64,000 nt of DNA from Phoronis australis (Eukaryota; Animalia; Phoronida), in NCBI GenBank assembly GCA_002633005.1, contig NMRA01000431.1, positions 123,733 through 187,732 on the forward strand. The letters are read 5' to 3'. A program made the position numbers and the translations under genes. The notes under the pieces are model-generated. The model was not told the DNA's origin. It ran no database searches and saw only the letters and a program-made list of their open reading frames with translations. Below are positions 11,282 through 23,049 of this stretch, piece by piece. How positions within the stretch are numbered: position 1 is the stretch's first letter; the number at the start of each line of letters is the position of its first letter.

Positions 11282-12997
11282 TTTTTATGTGCCCACATAT
11301 TTATATGTGGACGCATTATGCCGTCATCTCCATCAGTCTGGCGTCCGCTGCTCTATCTCCAAATCGCGTTGACGTATGTTTATGAAATTTTGCACGTGTT
11401 CCTTCCGTGGATAAGACGGCATGAGCGAACTTTCGGATGGATCCGTCTACCGGTGTGCCCCGCTTGTGGTTATTTTAGTTTTTTACGTTTACCTCTGTAT
11501 CCTCAAAAGTCCCGAACGAATTTTCATAAAATTTGGTATATAGGCACCTATTAGTGAGATAACGTTATCCTCCCATTTTCAGATGGATTTGTTGTGGTTT
11601 GTGCCACCTAGTGGCCATTTTTTCTGTTTGCGAGTCTGTTTTTTTGCATCCACGCCTCTATCTACCAGCTCAAAGAATGATTGTGAAAATTGGCATGTAT
11701 GTTTTTACTATAAAGTGGACGGCTGACGATGATTTTACGACGACTTCGACTACTGTGACTCTAGTGCCAGTTTTTTTTTTGCGCCTATGGCTGTATCCCC
11801 TAAACCATTCGCAGGATCTTTACTAAATTTAATGAGTGTATTTATCTGATGTTAACAACGGAGGACAACGTTCAGATGAATCTGTCTACTGGTGTGCCAC
11901 CTAGTGGCAATTTTATTTTTTTTTACGTTTACCTCTGTTCAAAGGTTCTCAACGTATTTTCATAAAATTTGGCACATAGGCATCTGTTAATGAAGTGACA
12001 CTATCTCTCTGTTTTCAGATGGTTTCGACCTAGTTTGCGCCACCTAGTGGCCATTTTTACTGCTTTCGAGTCTGTTTTTTGGCGTCCACTCGTCTATCAA
12101 CCAAATAGCTTTCAGGATAATTGTGAAAATTTGCATTTATGTTTTTACTATGAAGTGGACGGCTGACGACGATTTTCCGACGAGTTTGCCTTCTGTGGCG
12201 CCTCCTAGTGGCAGTTTTGTTTTTTTTTTGCGTTCATGGCTGTATCTATTTAACTGTTTGCAGGATCTTTACTTAATTTAGCAAGTGTATTGATATGATG
12301 TTGACAATGGACGACGACAGCTTTCGAACGGATCTGACTTCTGGTGTGCCCCCAAGTGGCAATTTTAGTTTTTTACATTTACCAGTCTGTATCTTCAAAG
12401 GTCATCAACAGATTCTCATAAAATTTTGAATATACACTTCTATTGGTGAGATGACTCTATCATCCTGTTTTTGGAGGGTATAGAGGTATTTTGCACCACC
12501 TGGTGGCCATTTTTGGTGTTTTCAAATCTTGTGTTTGGCATTCACCCCTTATCAACCAAATCATTCTAGGGATGGTTTTGAAAATTGGCGTACATGTTTT
12601 CAGTGTGAAGAGGACGTTTGATGATGGTGACTGAATACTGTGGCACCTCCTAGTGGTAGTTATGTTTTGTTTTGCACCCTGTATCTCCAAAACCCACTGC
12701 AGGATCTTTATTAAATTTAGTAAGTGAATTTATATGAAGATAACGGATGACGACTTTCAGGCAGATGAAACGGACGCTGTGCCCACAAGCGGCAATTTCA
12801 TTTTATTCTGTTTTCCTTTGTTTCTCTGAAGTTCCTTGACAGATTTTTATGAAGTATGACATGTTCCCATTTTTGGATGGATTGTACGTTTTTGCGCCAT
12901 CTAGTGGCCATTTTTATGATTCAAATAAATTACCCTAAAAGCCCACCATTTGCGATACATTTGTGGGCGCATTTCCATGCTCCACGTTGCTCTTGTT
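11282..12997 (+). mobile_element. Older, diverged full-length copy of the same HINE family
   Basis: Same 5' subTIR and inverted repeat (ATGTGCCCACA...TGTGGACGCAT), the same central monomers, and the 3' end TTGTGGGCGCATTT-decayed hairpin-CTCTTGTT. Confidence 0.88.
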
Positions 12998-13159
12998 TAA
13001 GTAATCCTGTTATTACTTTAAGTCTTTAGTGTGGGAATTGTATGAAATGAAGAGGAATCCACACATTAAGGTTCTTGTAGATTTATCATCATCATGTTAT
13101 AATATGCTCAACTCGTATCAATTCGCATTTCTTTCAAAACTGTTTTTATTTCTTCAAAG

Positions 13160-13185
13160 GTGAGGAAGAAGAGGAGGAGTTGTGA
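13160..13185 (+). CDS. Putative last coding exon of the unidentified plus-strand gene (G-EEEEEE-L-stop)
   Basis: Acceptor tttttatttcttcaaag| then GT GAG GAA GAA GAG GAG GAG TTG TGA. Phase-1 compatible with the 6488-6638 exon. Purine-rich exon-like block; AATAAA downstream at about 14870. Confidence 0.45.
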
Positions 13186-13256
13186 GATAAAGTCTAAAAA
13201 TTTATCAGAGTTGACAGAAGCATCACACTTGGCTGTGTCTGCCTGCTTCAACCAGT

Positions 13257-13486
13257 CTACCATCTTAACCATGGACACCATCTTACCATGGAGACCATCT
13301 TTAACATAGAGACCATTTTAACCATGGAGACCATCTTACCATGGAGACCATCTTAACCATGGAGACCATCTTTAACATAGAAACCATCTTAACCATGGAG
13401 ACCATCTTACCATGGAGACCATCTTTACCATGGAGACCGTCTTAACCATGGACACCATCTTTACCATGGAGACCATCTTAACCATC
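13257..13486. repeat. Minisatellite, ~18-bp unit (ACCATCTTAACCATGGAG), about 12 copies
   Basis: Direct reading of the tandem units. Confidence 0.95.
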
Positions 13487-13989
13487 AACACTGTGATTCA
13501 TCTCATGTATGCTTTCAGTGTTGGATAAGAGTGGTGTTGTTGGATCACCAAGTATGGAGCTAATGTAATGGTAGCAAGGATCCTTAATGCAGTTGACCCA
13601 GCGGCGAAATGAGATGGGCTTTGTGAATTTTCCATTGAATGCATTGGGTTTGATTTTCTTTTGTATGAAACAAAGTTTCATTACTTCAGATGTAATAGAT
13701 ATGTCTTTAGGTCTTGACATTCACATACTGGAGTATTGTTCTGTCAATCTCAACATGTTCAAAAATTCTGCATGATTATGAGAACAAATTGTGTACGTTG
13801 TATTCATGTTGGCTTGTAATAGTACCGCATTAAGAAAGAATGTTAAATATATTTCTTTTTTCCTATTGTGGCATATGACATTGTGATGTACCCGAGAAAA
13901 CATTTGTGAAGCCTTGTTATCGAGCAACTCCCTATCATACATGAATACATAATTATAACAAAATGTCATTTTATTTGTGTAACAAGTAT

Positions 13990-14402
13990 GTACATCTACA
14001 ATGTTCATATTCACATGCTATGTTACATGTACAATGTTCATATTCACGTGCTATGTTACATGTACAATGTTCATATTCACATGCTATGTTACTTGTACAA
14101 TGTTCATATTCACATGCTATGTTACATGTACAATGTTCATATTCACATGCTATGTTACTTGTACAATGTTCATATTCACATGCTATGTTACATGTACAAT
14201 GTTCATATTCACATGCTATGTTACATGTACAATGTTCATATTCACATGCTATGTTACTTATACAATGTTCATATTCACATGCTATGTTACATGTACAATG
14301 TTCATATTCACATGCTATGTTACTTGTACAATGTTCATATTCACATGCTATGTTACATGTACAATGTTCATATTCACATGCTATGTTACATGTACAATGT
14401 TC
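13990..14402. repeat. Minisatellite, 33-bp unit (TGTACAATGTTCATATTCACATGCTATGTTACA), about 12 copies
   Basis: Direct reading; it explains the 11-aa periodic ORFs in several frames. Confidence 0.98.
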
Positions 14403-15532
14403 AGATACTACACAACAAATAGTTGTACAACAATGTAGAATGATTCCATCAGCTAGCGTACTACACAACTAGTCGTCTGTTCACTTAGAATGTTTCGTTC
14501 CAAATCTTGTTCCTCATAATAAGAATGTCTTTACTTTCAGTTTCAGCTTGAGATTTATTTTCAACTGCTAAAGATTATTTCATGGAGATTAAACTTTGAA
14601 TTCTGATGGAAAACTGTTGTCATGACATGCAATATACCACGTAATGGTTGAAAGCTGACAGATCAATAACAGAGAGTTGCATTTCACTGTGTTGTTTATC
14701 TAATTATGTTAAATTATTTTAGGCTTTAAAAATATTACCCACTCGTTATATCTTTAAATGTTACTGAATAAGTCAACAACTCAAGTCATAGGAAATGTGT
14801 GCATATGACATTTTGTGTGCATGTCACATTTTGGGATTGACAATTTTAGGGCCAGACAAACTCTAACTGAATAAACTGAAGCGTTAATTTTTCCTTAACT
14901 TCTTGATGCTTTTGATGTTCTTGTTAATGACGGAAATGAGGATTATTATAAGACCTTTTGTCGATGTAAAAGGCCCGATTCGGTTTTTGCTTTTTAGCCA
15001 GCTATATGGAAGAAATGCAGCTGTTTCAAGCCACGTCTTCAAACATACAGCTATTAAAATAACTCTATTTGAAGACGAACAAAGGCTGAGCCCCAAAACG
15101 GGAAAATCTTGTTGTTTAAAGAGAATGCAATGACCAGTACTAGACTAGCATTAACATAAGCTAAGTAACTACAATCACAAAACATTGAATGAATCCCAAG
15201 ATCCTATTCAATACATCAATTCTGCATTCAAGACTAGCTTGAAAACAAAAACAAATTTCTACACCAGCCCCATTTCACCAGTCCCTTGATGCTATACAGT
15301 ATCTGCATGCTTCCAACAAAGTACAGCACATCCCCAGCACCTGTTGACTAAACCATGCATTGAGCTCTTCATGTCAAGCCAACCATGGCATGGAACCCAT
15401 TTATCTTCTTAGGGCATAAAACCATTCCACTTTTCCCGTTTGCTGTTTTCTTCTTAGGATTTTCAAAAGTAATGACAGAAAAACACCAGAGATAACAGAT
15501 AGTCCACGGAGGCATGACCCAACTTTGATGCT

Positions 15533-15552
15533 TTACTCATGACCAGACGCAC
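15533..15552 (-). CDS. GTF2A2: TFIIA gamma subunit, probable last coding exon (S-A-S-G-H-E-stop)
   Basis: Acceptor aaattgtttcag| followed by GT GCG TCT GGT CAT GAG TAA. Phase-compatible with exon 3 and gives a 108-aa protein, the expected size. The tail is poorly conserved, so this placement is inferred. Confidence 0.7.
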
Positions 15553-15829
15553 CTGAAACAATTTTTGAAAATTATTTAATGCCTTTTATAAAGATATAAA
15601 TTTTTAATTGAAGAGTGGCAATCATGCAAGCTTAAATGTGACATATTTAAAATGCATTAATTTTGAGCTACAATTGTTACACTTAAAAACCTGTTCCATC
15701 AAGGATATGAACTTTTGACTTACGGCAGGTCACTTGATGCTGTAAAATGGGTCTCAGCTTGTCCCTTACTCAAATGAGAAGCGATTTCTAGGCTTCTAAA
15801 GATCTGACAGTTTTTTTATTCCTCAAGCC

Positions 15830-15893
15830 CATGCATGCCTTGAGCACATGCATGCCTTGAACACATGCATGCCTTGAGCACATGTATGCCTTG
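15830..15893. repeat. 17-bp tandem repeat (CATGCATGCCTTGAGCA), about 4 copies
   Basis: Direct reading. Confidence 0.9.
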
Positions 15894-15970
15894 TAGAATG
15901 GCAGGCTGTGACAAGCCAACTTGACTTCCTAAAACCGCTCTGAGATGGTGGTGTATTACAACTATTATTA

Positions 15971-17040
15971 CAAGAGCAACGCGGAGCGTTGAAATGCGCC
16001 CACAATTGCACCGCATACGGTATCCTTCTAGGGTTGTTTATTGGTACCATAAAGTGGCCAGTAGAGGGCATACTTTGCAAAATGGAAAGGCATGGTCATT
16101 GTCTCCTCAATAGGCTAGGGGCAAAATGTGAGTAATCTTCATAATACAAGCACATCCTATACACCAGTTGCTTAAAGCACCACAGAAACATAGAATTAAA
16201 AACAAATTTACCAACATACGAGATTAGCACAGCATTAGAATGCCAGAAACAAATTTCTACTTGGAACTTTTCCTTCACAGTCACGAAGTAACACAAAGTA
16301 TACACCTGAAGACCTATGAAAATACAGAGGTCAATGTAAAATACTAAAATTGCCACTAGAGGCAAATACTAAAATTGCCACTAGAGGCATACCGGTAATC
16401 AGAATCATCCTAAAGTCGTCATCGTCTGTTGTCAACATCACATAAATACACTTGCTAAATTTAGTAAAGATCCTGCAAACGGTTTGGGAGATACAGCCAT
16501 GGGCGCAAAAAAACAAAACTGCCACTAGGAGGCGCCACAGTAGTCCAAATCGTCTGAAAATCATTGTCAGCTGTCTTCCTTATAGTAAGCACATACACGC
16601 CAATTTTCACAATCATCCTTTGAGCGGTTTGGTTGATAGAGGGGTGGACGCAAAAATACAGACTCGAAAACAGTAAAAATGGCCACTAGGTGGCGCAAAC
16701 TACGTCGAATCCATCTGAAAACAGTAGGATAGCGTCATCTCACTAATAGGTGCCTACATACCAAATTTCATGAAAATCCGTTCAATACTTTTGAAGATAC
16801 AAAGGTAAGCGTAAAAAACTAAAATTGCCACTAGGGGGCACACCGGTAGTCGGATCCGTCCGAAAGTTCGCACATGCCGTCCCATTCATGAATGGAACAT
16901 ATGTTCCAAATTTCATGAACGTATGTCAAAGGGTTTTGGAGATAGAGCAGCGGACGCCGCCCGGACGGACGGACGGACGGACGGACGGACAGAGATGACG
17001 GCATAATGCGTCCACATATAAATATGTGGGCGCATAAAAA
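15971..17040 (-). mobile_element. Young HINE copy lacking one 450-bp repeat unit, in GTF2A2 intron 3
   Basis: Near-identical reverse complement of 2554-4082 (the same spurious ORFs appear in the track) with both termini intact. About 1.07 kb versus about 1.53 kb. Confidence 0.9.
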
Positions 17041-17323
17041 TCTTTTGGTCCATTTACACCGACCTCTAGTCTATACACTGTCACAACGTTTCGGTCGGTC
17101 TCTTCTCCGGCCATTGTCAGGTGTTCTTAGAACAACATCCAGTGGAATAACACCCGAATACTGGATAGTGAAACAGGTTGGACCAAGAGAAAGATCAAGG
17201 AAGCCATGTACATGAAAGTACTAGGCAATGTCTTCAGTCAGCCAAGCAAACAACCAAGTGACACCTGGCTCAGTCTACTTAGGAAGGTTTAAGTATAATA
17301 AAATTCCCTCTAAGTAATTGGAT

Positions 17324-17403
17324 GACTCTGTGGTGAAGTGGTTAAGGAGCTGGACTCGAATTATCTAGTTTCAGAAGCTGTGGGTTCAAATCCTGCCTCG
17401 CAC
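17324..17403 (+). pseudogene. tRNA-Ser(CGA)-like sequence or SINE-type Pol III head
   Basis: A-box TGGTGAAGTGG (17331-17341), then TTAAGG-AGCTGGACT-CGA-AT, B-box GGTTCAAATCC (17383-17393), followed by an A-run. The acceptor stem does not pair, so it is not a functional tRNA. Confidence 0.65.
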
Positions 17404-17452
17404 AAAAAAAATCACACCACGTATCCGTGCTCGTTCATCTAAGAACGCGGAA

Positions 17453-17507
17453 ACACCTGACGATGTTCGTGACGATGTTCGGAGAAGAGACCCACCGAAA
17501 CGTCGTG
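17453..17507 (+). ncRNA. Degenerate minimal type I hammerhead-ribozyme motif in the Penelope pLTR (second copy at about 17084-17124, minus strand)
   Basis: CAC-CTGACGA-T-[stem II region with a short internal duplication]-GAAAC-GTC-GTG. The inverted copy reads CAC-CTGACAA-T-GGCCGG-agaagaga-CCGACC-GAAAC-GTT-GTG. The consensus of the two restores core and stem II; each copy alone is mutated. Confidence 0.65.
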
Positions 17508-18943
17508 ACAGTGTATATAGTCTAGAGCTCGGTGTAAATAGACCAATAGATTGTAATAATAGTTGTACAAGCCAACTTGTAGAGCTTGGTCTCGCCAATA
17601 AAAAACTAAATTCTTTCATACACCTGAAATCGCCTCTCTCTTCACTAAGTAACAGTTTGAGACCAATTTTATAATTGCACACGAGTAGATTTTTGTGCTG
17701 TCAGGCAGGTTTATAACCGGTTTAAATTAAAATATGTATTGTCATATATCAGTTGAGGATCATATAAAGACTCAACTTTAATGCAGAAGATGGTTTTTAC
17801 GTGCAATAGTTATCCAGCATATAAATGGATAAAAATTCAGGAAACACAAATAATGTCTTGTAACCAAAAATTTGTTTACAGGAACAGTGGATTGGGCTTT
17901 AAGTCACCTGATTTCTAGTGCAGATAACTATTGACTGATTTCAAAGAATGCCACAAGCTAGACTCGACCTTAATTGTTGAACTGGCTAGTTGACTTTGCA
18001 ATGCCAAAACAGTTCCAGATGTACAGTGAACATGCACATAAGTGAGTGAATGAAAGTAAATAATCATTTCATTGATGAACAGTGTTTATCTTTTGCCTCT
18101 GCAGTCACTCACCAAAAGCACTGCGATCCTTATATGGCAACAATGAACCGAAGATTGAGATCTCAAACAATTGTGAGGAATGATATTAGGCAATTACATA
18201 GCCCTGGATGCCGAAGGCATACAGGGGCGATAGTACAGCCCCACAAAAAGTTACTCATTTCAAAATACAGCAAATAAAATCAAATGAATCATACATATAG
18301 GAACACAGAGTTATTATTAACACATACCATGACTGGATACAATTTAGTCAGCAAAACTTGAACAAATTGATGAAAATCTGTCATAGTTTGCTAGAGTTTC
18401 TCTTACCGGGTGCCATTTTGAAGAAGTTAGTATATGTGAAATCACGGATGTTGACAAATAAAAAGTCCAAGGGACATAAATCTTTACGAATTTCACCTGA
18501 TACCTTTCCAACAGTGCTATTTTGCAAGTGTCACGTGCTTCGCTCAGTCTCGCCCTAGCCTTTACCTAACTCACGTGACTCAGTTGACATACTTTGTGAT
18601 TATCACGCGCCGTGAAAACGTTAACAGCAATCAAAAAAGTGGAGTTGGAATTCTTCGCCAAAGTCAACTTAATTCTCACAACTAAGCTTCATCGTAGATA
18701 TGTATAGAAGTAGAAAGGACCAATGATGAAAGTAAGCACTTTTTTAAATGATAGTTTTAAATGTGGAATGTATTTTTGACGAGGTGAAAACTCAAAATCG
18801 GTGGCCGGATTTGGCCAACCACCTGCTTAAAATACATGTAAGGAAATGTGTACAGAAAGAGAATGTAAGTATTGTAGCCCCTAAATGGCCAACCGAGGGG
18901 CTACGTGTTGCCTAGAATGATATGACCTCACAGTGACAGAGCA

Positions 18944-19110
18944 TCCAATCCCCTCCCTCACAGAGACAGGACTGCCAATCCCCTTCCTCACAGAGACAGG
19001 ACTGCCAATCCCCTCCCTCACAGAGACAGGACTGCCAATCCCCTTCCTCACAGAGACAGGACTGCCAATCCCCTTCCTCACACAGACAGGGCTGTCGATC
19101 CCCTCCCTCA
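18944..19110. repeat. 30-bp tandem repeat (CAGAGACAGGACTGCCAATCCCCTYCCTCA), about 5.5 copies
   Basis: Direct reading. Confidence 0.95.
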
Positions 19111-19824
19111 TGATCGGCAAGGGCATTCTTGTTAATAACATTGGCAATCCTGTTTACGCCTTTCCTACGCCCCCCCCCCCTGAAATGAATTTCCTATTAA
19201 TTGCTTCAGACTGCATCGGCACACTTTTTTTTCTCAATTCTCATGTGTCATTCATCGCTGCTAATCTTTCTGACACAATGTCCACATGAGCATTCCGATT
19301 AACATCATCCTTTTCTCATTAACACAATTCTTTTCTAATGAGCTGTAGTTCACCTCTCATCAACCACAATTCAGTTCTTACCAATTCAGTTCTTACCAAT
19401 TCACTTCTCTTCTCATTGACCTCATTTATTTGTCCTAATTTACATCTTCCTAAATTTTATTAAGCACTGATCTCATGGATAAAACACATTCTAACTATGG
19501 AGTAAGTAAACCCAAAATCATACAAGTCGCACAAAATTCTTTTCTTCTGAACAATTATCATTTTGTGCGACTTCTATGATTTTGGGTTAACAATATGAAA
19601 GCAATATGGCTATGTAAAAAATAAGCTGGTTTCGCCACCAAACACAAGATGGGGTAGCTGAGTCTCGACAGCTTTAAAAAACAAAAACCAGTCCATGACA
19701 AAATTTTCATGGAAACATGAGTGAGTTATCACACAACTGTGCAAAGTGAAGTAATGAACTGGTATGGCTTGACACAACAAAACACAAACTGACAAGCAGA
19801 AAGATGGTTCAAAGTTCAACTTAC

Positions 19825-19951
19825 TTTTAGCATCACATGCAACTATCTTTACTTTGTCCACTTTGATAATTTCTTGTACTTCACGGAATTCCACGTCATT
19901 GAGAACAAATGTCCACACATTGTCACAGAACCTGTATGTGTTCAAGTGACC
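19825..19951 (-). CDS. GTF2A2: TFIIA gamma subunit, coding exon 3 ([42 protein letters not shown])
   Basis: Lies within ORF 19610..19957(-). Contains the diagnostic [22 protein letters not shown] and [11 protein letters not shown] motifs. Acceptor ttgcag|, donor AAAA|gtaagt (phase 1). Confidence 0.97.
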
Positions 19952-20304
19952 CTGCAAGTGTACAAAAAGACACTATCAATCAGTTCAGATAAACATCTTA
20001 AAACAATTGTCCACTGATTACTTGTATAATTTTTAGCTCTGTCCAGGTGGGCTCTTAAACTAACGGCATGTCCAGACGACAATCCCAAAAGTGTCAAAGA
20101 AGTGGAATAGGGTGCAAATCATTCTGTGCATGTCATTCTAGCAGGTTTAGTATTCCCAGTCACACAACTGCAGAATGGTGGGAGTTCAAGTAAACAAGGG
20201 TTTGCTATGTTTCCTAGGAGTTTTTGGATTTTTTTATCTACTGCGCATTGCAAATTGCTAGTGCCTTGCCCCATTATGCTGTCCACACAGGCACCAAGTG
20301 GGCC

Positions 20305-20802
20305 ATAAGTGAGGTAAGTTGTCACACCAGTGTCGAGTCACGCTACCTCCAATAAGTTGGGGTAAGTTGTCACACTTGTGTCAAGTCACACAACCTCCAA
20401 TAAATGAGGTAAGTTGTCAAACCAGTGTCAATTCAAACTACCTCCAATAATTGGGCTAAGTTGTTACACCAGTGTCAATTCAAACTACCTCCAATAAATG
20501 AGGTAAGTTGTCAAACCAGTGTCAATTCAAACTACCTCCAATAATTGGGCTAAGTTGTTACACCAGTGTCAATTCAAACTACCTCCAATAATTGGGCTAA
20601 GTTGTTACACCAGTGTCAAGTCACACTACCTCCAATAAATGAGGTAAGTTGTCAAACCAGTGTCAATTCAAACTACCTCCAATAACTGGGCTAAGTTGTT
20701 ACACCAGTGTCAAGTCACACTACCTCCAATAAATGAGGTAAGTTGTCAAACCAGTGTCAATTCAAACTACCTCCAATAATTGGGGTAAGTTGTCACACCA
20801 GT
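20305..20802. repeat. 47-bp tandem repeat with two interleaved variants, about 10 copies
   Basis: AAGTTGT..ACCAGTGTCAA.TCA.ACTACCTCCAATAA recurs every 47-48 bp. Confidence 0.95.
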
Positions 20803-21642
20803 CACGTTGCACTAGTTTTGTCCTCACAGTCAATTAAAATGGCGCAGGTTGCACGAGGGGCAACTTGCACTAGTTTAAGTGTCCATCTTGGCAGCTTAAG
20901 AATCATACTAAAATATTGTAAATATTAAGTAAAATTGTCGAAACAAGAAAACATGAGCCAAACTGATACACAGGGACTTTAATGTCTTGATTTTGGGGTC
21001 AAACATAGGATTTATTCCACTCTAAAAATACTAAAAAATGACAGTTAATTCCCCTGGTCAGGCCCAAAAATTTCCTTCCAATGACTAACTAATTCCTCAT
21101 CAAAGTTAAAATAACTTCACTTTTAACATGCACAGACCCTCAGCTTCAGGCTTTACTAGATGCAAAAATCCTCACTTCACAACCATGTCTTTCCAATGTT
21201 TACAGCCTCAGTGTGGAGAACTGAGTTTAGATTAGTTTATGACAAGTGCAGGGGTGTTCACATGCTATTGAGCAAAGAAAGTCATTTATGATAGTAGTGG
21301 GTTCACTAATATCTCTACTACCTAGACTAGTATAACACTCCAAGAAAGTTATATGAGCTGAAGGGTGGTCTGCTCTAAGGAGTGCGTTGGGCAGTTGGAA
21401 ACCAGCACAAAACACTAGTTGTAGTAACTAGAACTCCAGTCAGTGCCATCTGGCACTGATAATAAAACTGATGGCAACTGGGGTTACATTATCCCTCTCA
21501 CACAAAAAATGTCTCAGAAGGCACAAGCACCTCTCTTTCCAGGTGAGCAAGGGTCCTGATATATTCACTTCTGATATTTAAATGTCACCACATTTTCCTC
21601 TGTGTGAGATTTTTGATTCTTGACCTTTGGGTTTGTACCAAC

Positions 21643-21747
21643 CTTGAAATTGACTCTGTTTCTCACTCTGCTAGCCAGTGCATTGTTGATTGCCTTGTCA
21701 AATTGTAGCAGAACTTTAAGGGCAAGATTTGGCGTGATCTGACCACA
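21643..21747 (-). CDS. GTF2A2: TFIIA gamma subunit, coding exon 2 ([35 protein letters not shown])
   Basis: Lies within ORF 21565..21780(-). Matches [32 protein letters not shown]. Bounded by acceptor tttcag| and donor AAG|gttgg; 105 nt, phase 0/0. Confidence 0.97.
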
Positions 21748-21859
21748 CTGAAATTGTAGACAAAATAATAGCATTAACAAGAGAGAGTAGAAGTAACTGC
21801 TAATATGCTAATGGTACATAAGCTACTTATGATATTTTTATTGTCACTCATTATATACT

Positions 21860-22630
21860 AGAGCAACACAAAGCGTTGAAATGAATGCACTACAGATGGT
21901 GCTTCTAGGGCTGTTCACAACGATCATTTAATAAAAAGGGGACAAATCCTTCTGAAACAAGGCAAATTCTGTGGTGTTCTTGGTAGAAACTTATTTAACA
22001 AATTTTGTGAACATCCATCAAAACACATGGTAGATATACAATCATACGCAAAAAAAATCTTGCCTACAGGGGATGCCACTTTAGTTGGATTCGTCAAATT
22101 CAACATCAGACATATTACCCTCAAATGGAACAAATATACCAAATTGGTTGATACTGAGACTAGGCAAAAAATGTGTCATAGTCTCCTCAATAGAAAATTT
22201 TGCCAAATTTCTCAAGGAACTAGGTAGGCATAAAGCCATACAAACAGAAACCTAAATTGTCACTTTGTAAATGCCTTCAGTTAAGAAAAGTATACCATAC
22301 TATACATTTGTTTGCAATATTTTCTAATACTTTTGGAAAGTTGGAAAGCTTACTAAAAATTTTGTAATCTGAAATCTTTGTTAGAATGAAAACTTTTTCA
22401 CATAAAGTCATAAAAGCTAGTAAGATGCAAAATTAATAACAATGGACACTAGGTGGCGCATAATACATAGCATTCGTCTGTAAAGGGGAAAGTGTTGTTG
22501 TATCCTATAATAGAAATACCGGTAACACAATCTACCAATTTTTTTGAAAATCTGTAAAAGAACTTGGCAGATATAGAGGCTCAGAAAACTAAAATTGTCA
22601 CTAGGGGGCACAGTGGCAGTCCGAAAATTC
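21860..22630 (-). mobile_element. Highly decayed HINE-family copy in GTF2A2 intron 1
   Basis: AGAGCAACACAAAGCGTTGAAATG at 21861 resembles the family 3' end. Monomer cores CACTAGGTGGCGC (about 22447) and AAACTAAAATTGTCACTAGGGGGCAC (about 22586) are present. Confidence 0.6.
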
Positions 22631-23049
22631 GCTCATTTAATCAGTCCCTCAATTAGTAACATGAAGACCTGTACTAGGCAGACGAACAAGTGTATTTCGT
22701 CATGATGTTTTAAACTTGACCATCACATCGTGAGAACTACAAAGAAAACAAAACTGTATCCCATGTGCAACACTCACCAAATAAAGAATAAATCTCACCC
22801 AACCACCTATAACAATCAAATGTAAAATACTCAACAGCTGAGGAGGTGTAGGTGTAAGAGCTGACAAGGTATGCAGTGCCATCTATTGGAGGCAGTAGAT
22901 AAATAATGTCTACGGAGGCAATAAAACTCCAACGAAATACTACAGATACACTACTTAAATTACACAAAAATGCTTCAGATGCACAATAGTATTTACATGA
23001 TGATGTGCTAATACAAAATTACATTCAACAAAAATAATACATAACTCAC

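Larger units (their letters stand above)
15924..17566 (+). mobile_element. 5'-truncated Penelope-like retroelement with inverted pseudo-LTR, interrupted by the HINE at 15971-17040
   Basis: 17131-17292 translates NNIQWNNTRILDSETGWTKRKIKEAMYMKVLGNVFSQPSKQPSDTWLSLLRKV*, typical of the C-terminus of the Penelope GIY-YIG endonuclease. 17439-17566 is repeated in inverted form at 15957-15970 plus 17041-17133. A 13-bp direct repeat ACAAGCCAACTTG at 15911-15923 and 17567-17579 is a candidate TSD. Confidence 0.8.

Noticed and set aside
13963-14472. Cys/His-rich 144-169 aa ORFs (e.g. CEYEHCTCNIA repeats) resembling a metallothionein or zinc-binding protein
   Set aside because: They arise from a 33-bp minisatellite that is stop-free in several frames on both strands; there is no unique coding flank.
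17324-17403. Functional tRNA-Ser gene
   Set aside because: The acceptor stem does not pair and the anticodon arm is irregular; kept only as a tRNA-derived sequence.
18881-19289. 118-aa and 88-aa repetitive ORFs (TETGLPIPFL repeats)
   Set aside because: Products of a 30-bp minisatellite inside GTF2A2 intron 3.
19610-19824. C-terminal extension of the TFIIA-gamma ORF ([11 protein letters not shown]...)
   Set aside because: Read-through into the intron past a consensus gtaagt donor; TFIIA-gamma ends a few residues after ACDxK.
20305-20802. Regular repeat arrays here and at 45042, 51936 and in the HINE body that could be mistaken for CRISPR arrays
   Set aside because: The units are contiguous with no unique spacers, there are no cas genes, and the context is eukaryotic introns.
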